Shown here piece by piece: positions 1 through 7,195 of a DNA stretch of 64,000 nt. The stretch lies in the sequence record ON528729. One strand, given 5' to 3'. Made by a program: the position numbers and the translations under genes. Numbering within the stretch: the first letter of the stretch is position 1; every line of letters begins with the position of its first letter. The DNA comes from Shigella phage ESh19. The notes under the pieces were generated by a model. The model was given only the letters and a program-made list of their open reading frames with translations, ran no database searches and was not told where the DNA came from.

Positions 1-283
1 AATCTTTCAGGTTTATATCTTGAATTGATTCTAGAAGTATGTCATAATCACTGATTAACTTAAAATCACCTTCTAGAATGTTATCAATCCGATATGTCTC
101 TGCTTTAAATCGAAAGCTCATCTCTAAGCGTTTCAATTGTTCTAAGCTTAAACGCTCTAGAAAGCCACGTACAAGGTTTATTTTTAAATCCCTTGATAGT
201 GCCTTATTAGCTATACTGTGCGCTTGTAAGGCTTTATAGAGCGCCACAATAGAGATAAAAATTGCAGCGTATGTGATTAACAT
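1..283 (-). CDS. hypothetical membrane protein, 5' part only (gene runs off the window start)
   Basis: ATG at 283 on minus strand overlaps the stop of the upstream gene (ATGTTAA); frame open to window edge; hydrophobic N-terminus MLITYAAIFISIVALY; not in ORF track because truncated. Confidence 0.4.
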   Translation of the reverse strand, partial: MLITYAAIFISIVALYKALQAHSIANKALSRDLKINLVRGFLERLSLEQLKRLEMSFRFKAETYRIDNILEGDFKLISDYDILLESIQDINLKD

Positions 284-573
284 TTGTTTTTACCTTTGTG
301 GAATAGTTTACCAGTGTGACTAATTTCATATGAATCAACCATATCTCTAGTAGTCTTAATCGATGACTTATTAGTGTTATCATATATATCAACCTGAAGC
401 AATGGTTTTTTGTATTCTTTGCAAAAGTTCCATACACAAATTATTACTTCTTTTTTGTTAATCTTTCCATGATACCACTCTACGGCTTCAGAAGTACGGC
501 GCATGGATTCAATGAATTGAATATTACTTAATAGCTGGCTTAATTTAGTTCTAACGTTTGCGGCAATAAACAT
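277..573 (-). CDS. hypothetical early protein (98 aa)
   Basis: ORF preceded by conserved cassette ending in GGAGA SD; member of co-oriented small-gene operon. Confidence 0.55.
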   Translation of the reverse strand: MFIAANVRTKLSQLLSNIQFIESMRRTSEAVEWYHGKINKKEVIICVWNFCKEYKKPLLQVDIYDNTNKSSIKTTRDMVDSYEISHTGKLFHKGKNKC

Positions 574-657
574 TTTAGGTTCTCCAGTTTAGGATTGTTT
601 GTAAAGCTCTTTATCTGGGGCTATCTTATCAACTTGATAACCCCATGTAAAGCACTT
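574..657 (-). promoter_or_regulatory. conserved intergenic cassette, copy A (GGGG..CCCC hairpin, TTTACA box, conserved 5'UTR AACAATCCTAAACTGGAGA)
   Basis: near-identical flanks shared with copies at 1171-1262, 1521-1611, 1993-2076; fills whole intergenic gap; SD GGAGA 6-9 nt before ATG. Confidence 0.6.
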
Positions 658-1170
658 TTAGATATTAAAGATATTCATAACAGAATCTTTCAAGGCTTCT
701 AAACGCTCCATTACTTCAGATTCTCCATCGGAGTTCGACACTTCCTCTTCTAATCGTGAATCTAAATCTTCCCCGTCAAGATAGCACCAATCGAAGCCAT
801 AAGCAAGAGAAAAGCTATTTAATACTGTATTACCTTCTTTATCTTCTACCTTTGCAAATAGTACATAGCTATTAGCTTCTAAATCCCTTTGCAATTCATC
901 TTGTAAGCTCTTGTAAGCCTCTATAGATGGATTTTCACGGCCTTGTTTAGCATAATCACTCATCAATTGTGAAAGGCTGTAATGCTGTGGAATTGCATAT
1001 TTGTACCCGTTACGCTCTGGATTTTTAAGTTTGATTGTAACCCCGCCTTTGTGCTCATCGGTAAACTTCCAATTTTCCACACAATGGGATGCTTCACAAG
1101 CATTAACAGCTTCATAGATGATGGTGAATTTTTCTTTCTGAACTTCAAAGGTAGCTTCAACGTATGACAT
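658..1170 (-). CDS. hypothetical early protein (170 aa, acidic C-terminus)
   Basis: ORF with cassette-derived SD upstream; no recognisable motif. Confidence 0.55.
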   Translation of the reverse strand: MSYVEATFEVQKEKFTIIYEAVNACEASHCVENWKFTDEHKGGVTIKLKNPERNGYKYAIPQHYSLSQLMSDYAKQGRENPSIEAYKSLQDELQRDLEANSYVLFAKVEDKEGNTVLNSFSLAYGFDWCYLDGEDLDSRLEEEVSNSDGESEVMERLEALKDSVMNIFNI

Positions 1171-1262
1171 TTTTAGATTCTCCAGTTTAGGACTATTGGT
1201 TAGTAAAGCTCTTTATCTGGGGCTTAAGATACTAGCTTTTAAGCCCCATGTAAAGCACTTTA
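1171..1262 (-). promoter_or_regulatory. conserved intergenic cassette, copy B
   Basis: hairpin GGGGCTTAA-loop-TTAAGCCCC (1220-1248) flanked by CATGGGG and CCCCAGATAAAGAGCTTTAC conserved arms. Confidence 0.6.
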
Positions 1263-1520
1263 TTAGATTAAATTGTCAGTTAATGATAAGTGCATTTTAT
1301 AGCCTTTCTTTGTGTAGACATTAGTTCTACCAATTGCTCTTACACCTTTGAAAAGGTCATAGGAACTACGCTTCAGAGTAAGATGCTTATCACATTTCAC
1401 GCCCCATCTTACAGCAGATTCTTTTCCGTTGTCAACCACTTTACCATTTAGTTTTTTAGCAGTTGCGCGAGCGTCATCACGAGATTTTGCAGATACAATG
1501 ATGTTTTTGATAGTAGCCAT
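1263..1520 (-). CDS. hypothetical early protein (85 aa, basic)
   Basis: ORF between cassette copies. Confidence 0.5.
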   Translation of the reverse strand: MATIKNIIVSAKSRDDARATAKKLNGKVVDNGKESAVRWGVKCDKHLTLKRSSYDLFKGVRAIGRTNVYTKKGYKMHLSLTDNLI

Positions 1521-1611
1521 TTTTGATACTCCAGTTTAGGTTGATTGTTTGTAAAGCTCTTTATCTGGGGCTTATCTTATCTAACTATAAACCCCATGTA
1601 AAGGACTTTAT
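1521..1611 (-). promoter_or_regulatory. conserved intergenic cassette, copy C
   Basis: same conserved arms, divergent hairpin core. Confidence 0.6.
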
Positions 1612-1992
1612 TTAGTTAATTTTGAAAACTGTAACGTAGCCGTCACTACCAATTGTTTGAGATACTCCAGCTTTCTCTACATCATACCCCATTTTATCAA
1701 GATGGTACATTGCATCTTCATACCCATATTTTCCGCCTTGATAGCGTCTTTTTTCGCATCGTATCACAGTTTTACCACGTCCTGCAATAGCATTTATGAT
1801 AGCTTTTTCACCGGATAATGTACCGTCAAGCATAGTAGCTTTGTAGTGGTTAATACGGTTACCATTAACATCATACTTAAAATTGTAAGCGTGAACAACA
1901 ATTATTTTTCCTTTGAAGTTTTCTTTCATAGTTTCCTCTAAGATACTACGAAAGTTTTCTTTGTTGATAAATTTAGGCGCACGATATTTCAT
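1612..1992 (-). CDS. hypothetical early protein (126 aa)
   Basis: ORF; ATG 8 nt downstream of GGAGA of cassette D. Confidence 0.55.
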   Translation of the reverse strand: MKYRAPKFINKENFRSILEETMKENFKGKIIVVHAYNFKYDVNGNRINHYKATMLDGTLSGEKAIINAIAGRGKTVIRCEKRRYQGGKYGYEDAMYHLDKMGYDVEKAGVSQTIGSDGYVTVFKIN

Positions 1993-2076
1993 TTCAGATT
2001 CTCCAGTTTAGGATTGTTGGTAAAGCTCTTTATCTGGGGCTTAAGATACTAGCTTTTAAGCCCCATGTAAAGTACT
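1993..2076 (-). promoter_or_regulatory. conserved intergenic cassette, copy D
   Basis: hairpin GGGGCTTAAAAGCTAGTATCTTAAGCCCC plus conserved arms. Confidence 0.6.
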
Positions 2077-2238
2077 TTATGCAATAATTTTTATAAAATC
2101 TTTCATGGTTATTTTATCGCCATTTGTAAGGGCTACGCAAGCGTTACCCATAGCAGATTTATAGAGATAGAAGACTTTACCAATTTTTGGGTATCCGTCT
2201 AAATCTTTGTACTGTATTACATCGTTTTCTTTAATCAT
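2077..2238 (-). CDS. small hypothetical protein (53 aa; below ORF-track cutoff)
   Basis: hand-translated MIKENDVIQYKDLDGYPKIGKVFYLYKSAMGNACVALTNGDKITMKDFIKIIA; SD AAGAAGG 7 nt upstream; fills gap between 2251-2457 gene and cassette D. Confidence 0.35.
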   Translation of the reverse strand: MIKENDVIQYKDLDGYPKIGKVFYLYKSAMGNACVALTNGDKITMKDFIKIIA

Positions 2239-2250
2239 TGTCAAGCCTTC

Positions 2251-2457
2251 TTAAACGTTGTAATAATAAATTGCTGTATGTCTTGTAAACTGTCTTGTAT
2301 GATTTGTCAAGTAACAATCTGACCTGATTGATGTATCAACATATTCGTCAAAATCCTTTTCTGAAATACGTTGCCAAACATCACAAATTAGCATATAGAA
2401 ACGACGCTTATTTGTTTTGTTGTTGTCAACAATCATTAACTCACGTTGATATAACAT
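2251..2457 (-). CDS. hypothetical early protein (68 aa), first gene of operon
   Basis: ORF; upstream partial cassette (2458-2490) supplies the conserved 5'UTR and SD. Confidence 0.5.
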   Translation of the reverse strand: MLYQRELMIVDNNKTNKRRFYMLICDVWQRISEKDFDEYVDTSIRSDCYLTNHTRQFTRHTAIYYYNV

Positions 2458-2507
2458 TTTAGATTCTCCAGTTTAGGATTGTTGGGATGTTTCCCGTTGA
2501 TGCAAAT

Positions 2508-2535
2508 ACTATAAGACTGGATTTATGAAGTCAAC
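2508..2535 (-). promoter_or_regulatory. candidate sigma70-type promoter of the small-gene operon
   Basis: minus strand GTTGAC(T)-N15/16-TATAGT about 50 nt upstream of ATG at 2457. Confidence 0.4.
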
Positions 2536-2708
2536 AAAATTTTTAAAAATATTTTTGATGTTTCGTGAATAGAACGCACGTATGCGGATACACTAAAACA
2601 GGAATCTAGTCAAGAATTATTTTTGAGTTCTCTACAAATTTTTCTCTTGACTTTTGGGAGGAAGGGGAGTAAGAGGGGATGGTGGGGCTGGCTTCCTACA
2701 GCTACCTA

Positions 2709-2934
2709 CCTGCACAATTCGAAAATGAATTTTCCCTTTGGAGTCCAACTGCATCTGCACAAATTGAAAATGAAAAATCCCTTTGGAGTCTAGACCTGCA
2801 CAAATTTGAAATGAATTTTCCCTTTGGAGTTCAGCTAAAGAAATCTGTCCAGAGTTCTATGCAACTATACCTGCACAAATTTAAAATGAAAAAGCCCTCC
2901 TTACCTGAGATTTTAAACTCAAACTTTGGAGGGC
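2709..2934. repeat. degenerate direct-repeat array (4 copies of ~37 bp unit CCTGCACAAATTnGAAAATGAAnnnnnCCCTTTGGAGT)
   Basis: copies start at 2709, 2754, 2795, 2870; the fourth carries a 25 bp insertion; non-coding (indels break frame). Confidence 0.7.
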
Positions 2935-2935
2935 T
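2893..2935 (-). terminator. possible long-loop terminator after macrodomain gene
   Basis: GCCCTCC...GGAGGGC inverted repeat followed on minus strand by T-run; loop is long (25 nt) so weak. Confidence 0.25.
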
Positions 2936-2960
2936 TGTCTATGTCTATGTAGGTGACTTA

Positions 2961-3755
2961 TTAGTTACGTGCTTCAACATAGTTTACGTTTTCATGTGTG
3001 ATATAATCTTCTGCAAACTCTTCTGTAGTCGAATTGATATACACACTTGCATCATCACCAAACGTTACCGCTCTGTGGTGGTGACCTTGTAACGGGTGGG
3101 TAACTTGAGCGTTACTTCGATTGTACTTCTCAACCGGAGGGTAACTGGTGTGTACCTTGCCATTACGCTTCACCTTGAGGGTAACTTTATCCTTGCCTAC
3201 CACAGCAACACCATCAAAATATTGAGGCTCACTGAAGTTCTCCCAACCAGTAACAGGACTAGTCAACTGACTGTACATCTTATCTTCATAGACATACATA
3301 TATACGTCAACATCTTTCATAGTCTGATTAATAATGGACAGCACAGCCATACTATCAAGACCACCAATCCCTGCACAAATCATAGGAAGCCCAACTTTCT
3401 TAAGTTGGTTGACTTTGCAGTAATTATTCAGACGCTGCAAAGCTGCTTCTAAAGCATTGTACCGTGCATCTTTGCCAGTGATAACCTGAGTATAAAGGTT
3501 AGCAATCCGACCCTGCTTAAAACGTGCTACAGAGATGTTACCAAGCATTAGGTGCTTAGGGTTATGATTTTCACCACCTACTGTAGCATAAACCTCAGCG
3601 TCAGTTTCATAAGCTTTTGGGTAGCGTTTAGCAATTGTTGCTGCGATACCTGAACCCATCAAGTTCATGCAGTTACAACCGTGACCAATGATATCAAACT
3701 TCTTACCATCAAAGTCTTTAAAGATATCACCTTTAATAATTTTTACGATACCCAT
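2961..3755 (-). CDS. macrodomain protein, TARG1/DarG-like ADP-ribose hydrolase fold, with extra C-terminal domain
   Basis: KGDIF..DIIGHGCNCMNLMGSGIAATIAKRY matches TARG1-type macrodomain signature (catalytic Lys in KGD, G-rich phosphate loop); start re-set to ATG 3755 (MGIVKII), since track start 3812 overlaps the upstream gene and lacks an SD. Confidence 0.6.
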   Translation of the reverse strand: MGIVKIIKGDIFKDFDGKKFDIIGHGCNCMNLMGSGIAATIAKRYPKAYETDAEVYATVGGENHNPKHLMLGNISVARFKQGRIANLYTQVITGKDARYNALEAALQRLNNYCKVNQLKKVGLPMICAGIGGLDSMAVLSIINQTMKDVDVYMYVYEDKMYSQLTSPVTGWENFSEPQYFDGVAVVGKDKVTLKVKRNGKVHTSYPPVEKYNRSNAQVTHPLQGHHHRAVTFGDDASVYINSTTEEFAEDYITHENVNYVEARN

Positions 3756-3756
3756 A

Positions 3757-3957
3757 TTAGTAATGCTCCCAACGTTCGTTATCTTCAGAGGGTTTAACTC
3801 GGTTACCTTCATGGTCTACCCATAAAGCACCACAGCCTTCACAGATTACTGGCATTGCTGAACCAGCTTCAAACTCTGCTTTTGTAAAGAGACCTTTTAA
3901 GTCTCCTGTATCTTTTCCAAACATCTCAACAGAACACTTAGTGCAGAAATCAGCCAT
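3757..3957 (-). CDS. small zinc-ribbon protein (66 aa)
   Basis: CxxC ... CxxC pairs (CTKCS, CEGCG). Confidence 0.5.
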   Translation of the reverse strand: MADFCTKCSVEMFGKDTGDLKGLFTKAEFEAGSAMPVICEGCGALWVDHEGNRVKPSEDNERWEHY

Positions 3958-4210
3958 TTGAGATTACCTCTTGTAAGAATACTCTGTCACCGTATCTTTC
4001 CTTAATGAGGGTCTTCCAATATCCGAGTTCCTCTCTTAGATAGCCCCTGTCAATATAGTGACAAAAGTCACCAGCCTTAAAGTGGCTATGTGATAGTACA
4101 GAACCTTTATAGATTCGTGAACCAAATGGCATCACCTCATCCCTTCCAACAAATATAGCCCCTGCTAACACTTGACGTGTAACTTTACTTCTTACCAGAA
4201 TTGCTTTCAT
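3950..4210 (-). CDS. hypothetical protein (86 aa)
   Basis: ORF in operon, short overlap with neighbours. Confidence 0.45.
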   Translation of the reverse strand: MKAILVRSKVTRQVLAGAIFVGRDEVMPFGSRIYKGSVLSHSHFKAGDFCHYIDRGYLREELGYWKTLIKERYGDRVFLQEVISNG

Positions 4211-4511
4211 ACATCACCTTTTCAGTTAGCTCAAACAGGTCAACATGTTCGATGCTTTCAATATGGATACCAACTTTTGCATAGCGTTCTTTAACATTCT
4301 CTGCATTAAGCCATATCAGACACCAATGATTCTCTATGGATTCTTCAAGCTTGTCAACACAATCTTTAAAAGATTTCATATCTCCACGAGTGCCAATGAA
4401 TGCAACAACCCCATAGAGAAACTCTTTACCACTGTGACAGACTTGTGCTGTACCAATTTCTTTTTCACCATCTGAAAAGACGGCTACATAATTCTTACCA
4501 TCTAGTTGCAT
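4185..4511 (-). CDS. hypothetical protein (108 aa)
   Basis: ORF in operon. Confidence 0.45.
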   Translation of the reverse strand: MQLDGKNYVAVFSDGEKEIGTAQVCHSGKEFLYGVVAFIGTRGDMKSFKDCVDKLEESIENHWCLIWLNAENVKERYAKVGIHIESIEHVDLFELTEKVMYESNSGKK

Positions 4512-4513
4512 AA

Positions 4514-4786
4514 TTACTCTCCAATGAAGAACTTAACCCTGCTATTTCTTTTTAGGTCAGTGAAGTTAAAGAAGAAGTCTTTACAGTTAGAGCGGCCTTT
4601 CCTTTTAACCCCACAAAACTTTTGTTGGTATGTCTTCTTCTTAAACTCCAGATTACAGCATGGGCATTTAATCAAATCACCTACCTTGGCATTTGCATTA
4701 AGATAATACCTTGTTAGACAAATGTCCATTCTTTGTTGCAAACCTAAACCAGAGTTCATTAGATTGTTTTGGTGTATAACATACAA
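4514..4786 (-). CDS. hypothetical Cys-rich protein (90 aa)
   Basis: CPCC and C..C motifs; ORF in operon. Confidence 0.45.
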   Translation of the reverse strand: MYVIHQNNLMNSGLGLQQRMDICLTRYYLNANAKVGDLIKCPCCNLEFKKKTYQQKFCGVKRKGRSNCKDFFFNFTDLKRNSRVKFFIGE

Positions 4787-4909
4787 AGGAGATTTTGGAA
4801 AATCCTTTTGTGTATACTCTACAGTTGTTTTAGAGACCTCACCAAGAGGTCTCTAAACTCTGCCTTTAAATCTTGAAGTTCAGCCCAACGGTCTGCATCA
4901 TCTGCACAA

Positions 4910-5071
4910 TCACCCATTTGCAAGAACCTCTTTAATTTGTTGGAGTAAGGCTGCTGAGGATTCTTCCCAGAGTGTTAAACCCTCTATAGAGCCTACACAA
5001 CTTTCTCCAGCTTCATTGTAACGAGAATCACCATACTCTTCAATCAGTTTAAGCAACTTTTGCTTGTCCAT
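4910..5071 (-). CDS. hypothetical protein (53 aa; track ORF 4910-5212 trimmed to internal ATG)
   Basis: ATG 5071 with SD GAGGAA 6 nt upstream, immediately after stop of 5073-5342 gene. Confidence 0.4.
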   Translation of the reverse strand: MDKQKLLKLIEEYGDSRYNEAGESCVGSIEGLTLWEESSAALLQQIKEVLANG

Positions 5072-5072
5072 G

Positions 5073-5342
5073 TTATTTCCTCGTTTTAAGGACTGCATAG
5101 ATTTCTTTAGAATCTTCCCCAAACCATGTGTAGTGATTCTCGTTGATTTCAGGATGGTTGTCAACACGTATTTTGCAATCTCTTCCAACATGTTTAAGTT
5201 GTGCAGAAACACCCTGCATAAAGATGTGACAAGTTACATCATCCATAACCGTTGGCATAATGTCAAATCTCATGTAAGTGTTACTTGGTCTTGGTAACAG
5301 AAGATAACCTTCCACAAAAAATGTTTCATTCTTCTCTGTCAT
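5073..5342 (-). CDS. hypothetical protein (89 aa)
   Basis: ORF, stop/start coupled with o-spanin gene. Confidence 0.45.
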   Translation of the reverse strand: MTEKNETFFVEGYLLLPRPSNTYMRFDIMPTVMDDVTCHIFMQGVSAQLKHVGRDCKIRVDNHPEINENHYTWFGEDSKEIYAVLKTRK

Positions 5343-5608
5343 TGCTGCTTATTCCCTAACAAAATCATATCAATTAAATTGTTTGCCTTAATAGTGCATT
5401 CATAGTAACCATCACGATAAAACTCAAGAGCACTTGCAAGGTCTTCACCTTTAGTGCCTTTAACCTCATATCGTGCTTCTTCTTGAGTGTACTTGTCACT
5501 CTCACTTACTTGGGAGTTTTTGAAGGTACTGTTCACTTTGTTCGTTGAACACCCTGACATAAGGCTCAGTAGCACAATCATTAATAAAGACTGTCTTAGT
5601 TTTTTCAT
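5339..5608 (-). CDS. putative o-spanin (outer-membrane lipoprotein, Rz1-like)
   Basis: lipoprotein signal MKKLRQSLLMIVLLSLMSGC with lipobox; gene starts inside 3' end of i-spanin gene in another frame (overlapped architecture). Confidence 0.5.
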   Translation of the reverse strand: MKKLRQSLLMIVLLSLMSGCSTNKVNSTFKNSQVSESDKYTQEEARYEVKGTKGEDLASALEFYRDGYYECTIKANNLIDMILLGNKQQ

Positions 5609-5849
5609 AGTTCAATACCTCTTTGGTGTGTTTGTTTTTAGCAAGCACATCTTTCAAATCATTTTTGTAATTGGAGCTAAGATTTGATAAACCTTCTTGA
5701 TAAGCATCTTTAGCAACACTAACAAGCTTCTGATTAGTCAACTCTTTCTCGTTAACTTGGCTAGTCTTGTAAGTATAGCCACCCCAAGCACCTACACCTA
5801 ACAAAAACATGATTACAAAAGCTGCTTGACAAAATTCTTTGAATGTCAT
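5502..5849 (-). CDS. putative i-spanin (Rz-like, N-terminal TM + coiled coil)
   Basis: single N-terminal TM (AAFVIMFLLGVGAWGG) followed by charged helical region; overlaps lipoprotein gene; SD GGAGA. Confidence 0.5.
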   Translation of the reverse strand: MTFKEFCQAAFVIMFLLGVGAWGGYTYKTSQVNEKELTNQKLVSVAKDAYQEGLSNLSSNYKNDLKDVLAKNKHTKEVLNYEKTKTVFINDCATEPYVRVFNEQSEQYLQKLPSK

Positions 5850-5868
5850 TTGTCAATCTCCTAGACTA

Positions 5869-5970
5869 TTATAAGATAAAAGGCCAAAAAGCAGGGCAAA
5901 GCATAAGTATGATACCTACCCCTACTATGAGCATTACCAATGATGGTATTATCTTGATAACTTTAATCAT
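5869..5970 (-). CDS. possible small hydrophobic peptide (33 aa)
   Basis: hand-translated MIKVIKIIPSLVMLIVGVGIILMLCPAFWPFIL; ends 19 nt upstream of i-spanin ATG; not in ORF track; sits just after a terminator so expression uncertain. Confidence 0.25.
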   Translation of the reverse strand: MIKVIKIIPSLVMLIVGVGIILMLCPAFWPFIL

Positions 5971-5995
5971 AATATACCCCTTACATAAATGAAAA

Positions 5996-6011
5996 GGCTC
6001 CCGAAGGAGCC
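5996..6011 (-). terminator. rho-independent terminator (GGCTCC-UUCG-GGAGCC + U-run on minus transcript)
   Basis: perfect 6 bp stem, UUCG tetraloop, followed by TTTTCATTT on minus strand. Confidence 0.6.
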
Positions 6012-6023
6012 TCTATAATAACT

Positions 6024-6488
6024 TTAACCAAGAACTTTCGCAAGGACATTTGCTGCCATTGTTGAGGCTTTTGAAGCAGCAGCTACGCCAGCCTTAATGG
6101 TATTGTCCTTAATCGCAGAAACCGTTGCAGTATCTGTGAAGAGGTAAGTGGTAGTTTGAGAACCACTTGTAAAGGAAAGCATAAGAGCAGTTTCCAGATT
6201 GAAAGAACGGTAAGGAGCACCGGATTGTACAATCCCTTTTGCACCTAACTCTGAAGCCATACCCATATCATAGATAGTCATCAGATTTTCTTTATGAGCA
6301 GTAGTTGAACCAACACCCTTAACGTGTTTTGTGACATTCAACATGGCACGATACTCACGAATGTTACCATCAGCTTTCACGTTTACTGCACGAAAGATTT
6401 TACCATCGAAATTACTTTTGATAATCTCACGAACTACCTGTGATTTGTTACCGGAAGCATCGATAGCTACTGTAATAATGTTTTGCAT
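6024..6488 (-). CDS. hypothetical protein (154 aa)
   Basis: ORF with terminator downstream. Confidence 0.5.
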   Translation of the reverse strand: MQNIITVAIDASGNKSQVVREIIKSNFDGKIFRAVNVKADGNIREYRAMLNVTKHVKGVGSTTAHKENLMTIYDMGMASELGAKGIVQSGAPYRSFNLETALMLSFTSGSQTTTYLFTDTATVSAIKDNTIKAGVAAASKASTMAANVLAKVLG

Positions 6489-6499
6489 GGTTTACTCTC

Positions 6500-7195
6500 T
6501 CAGTTTTTAACAAGCATTGTTTTGATGTGTGGTAAGATTCTTTCAACCTTTGCCACGTTCTTCACTGTATCTTCTATAAAGCATACTACATCATAGTAAG
6601 GTAGAATGCAAGACTGAAGCATACGAACTTTTAAACTTTCTGCACTAATCTCATTGTCACCAAATCCACGCATAAACAGTAGGAAATCACTGTCTACATT
6701 CTCATTCAGGAAAAGATGTGTGACAACTCTTTGTGATTCTCCACGAGCAGTTAAGAATCCTATATCAGCATTTCTTGATATACCACACAGGATGTTAAAA
6801 ACATATGTTGGTTTAGCTCTGCGAGAGTCTACCAAGTTAGTATACTGTGAGTAAGTGCCGTCATCTAACAGAGTTGCATTAAGTTTCTTGTCAAAGCTTG
6901 TAAGAACACCATCAATGTCTGCTAAGACCATTTTACGTTTTTCTTCCAAGTTCTTTGCAACCAAGATAAGACTATTACGACCAACATATACAGTTTTACC
7001 TGTTAGCAAATCCTGACAAGGAATCTGTGTCTTTGTTGAGTGGAAGTCTTCAAAGCTACACACAACATCTCTTGCTGTATCTGCAAAGTCAGCTTTAGCA
7101 ATATCTGACCAACTTGCAGAACTGATATCTAAATCAAGTGGCTTGATATCATAAGCATGACACAGAACCATGTCAAATTGTTTTGATTCGCTCAT
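6500..7195 (-). CDS. HAD-superfamily phosphatase-like protein (tentative)
   Basis: MVLADIDGVLT resembles HAD motif I (DxDG[TV]); located mid-protein, N-terminal domain unassigned. Confidence 0.4.
   Translation of the reverse strand: MSESKQFDMVLCHAYDIKPLDLDISSASWSDIAKADFADTARDVVCSFEDFHSTKTQIPCQDLLTGKTVYVGRNSLILVAKNLEEKRKMVLADIDGVLTSFDKKLNATLLDDGTYSQYTNLVDSRRAKPTYVFNILCGISRNADIGFLTARGESQRVVTHLFLNENVDSDFLLFMRGFGDNEISAESLKVRMLQSCILPYYDVVCFIEDTVKNVAKVERILPHIKTMLVKN

Noticed and set aside
234-437. 67 aa minus-strand ORF
   Set aside because: Overlaps the better-supported 277-573 gene (which has the conserved cassette SD) in another frame.
982-1167. Antisense short ORFs in the track (e.g. 982-1167 +, 8009-8257 +, 13074-13265 +, 22848-23054 +, 33156-33374 -, 37380-37673 -, 43419-43760 +, 59824-60357 +)
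   Set aside because: Each lies wholly inside a longer, motif-supported gene on the opposite strand and lacks an SD; treated as shadow ORFs.
2709-2934. Possible CRISPR array
   Set aside because: Only 3-4 degenerate copies with spacers of 4-38 bp and no cas genes; does not fit repeat-spacer regularity.
2458-2960. tRNA genes in the largest non-coding gaps (also 32873-33131 and 38433-38673)
   Set aside because: No GTTCRAnnC T-loop with matching acceptor stem found by eye; regions are explained by promoters, repeats and small ORFs. A tRNAscan run would settle it.
2679-3092. 137 aa plus-strand ORF from the track
   Set aside because: It runs across the tandem-repeat array and antisense to the macrodomain gene; repeat copies differ by indels that shift frame, so the peptide repeats are an artefact of the DNA repeat; no SD.
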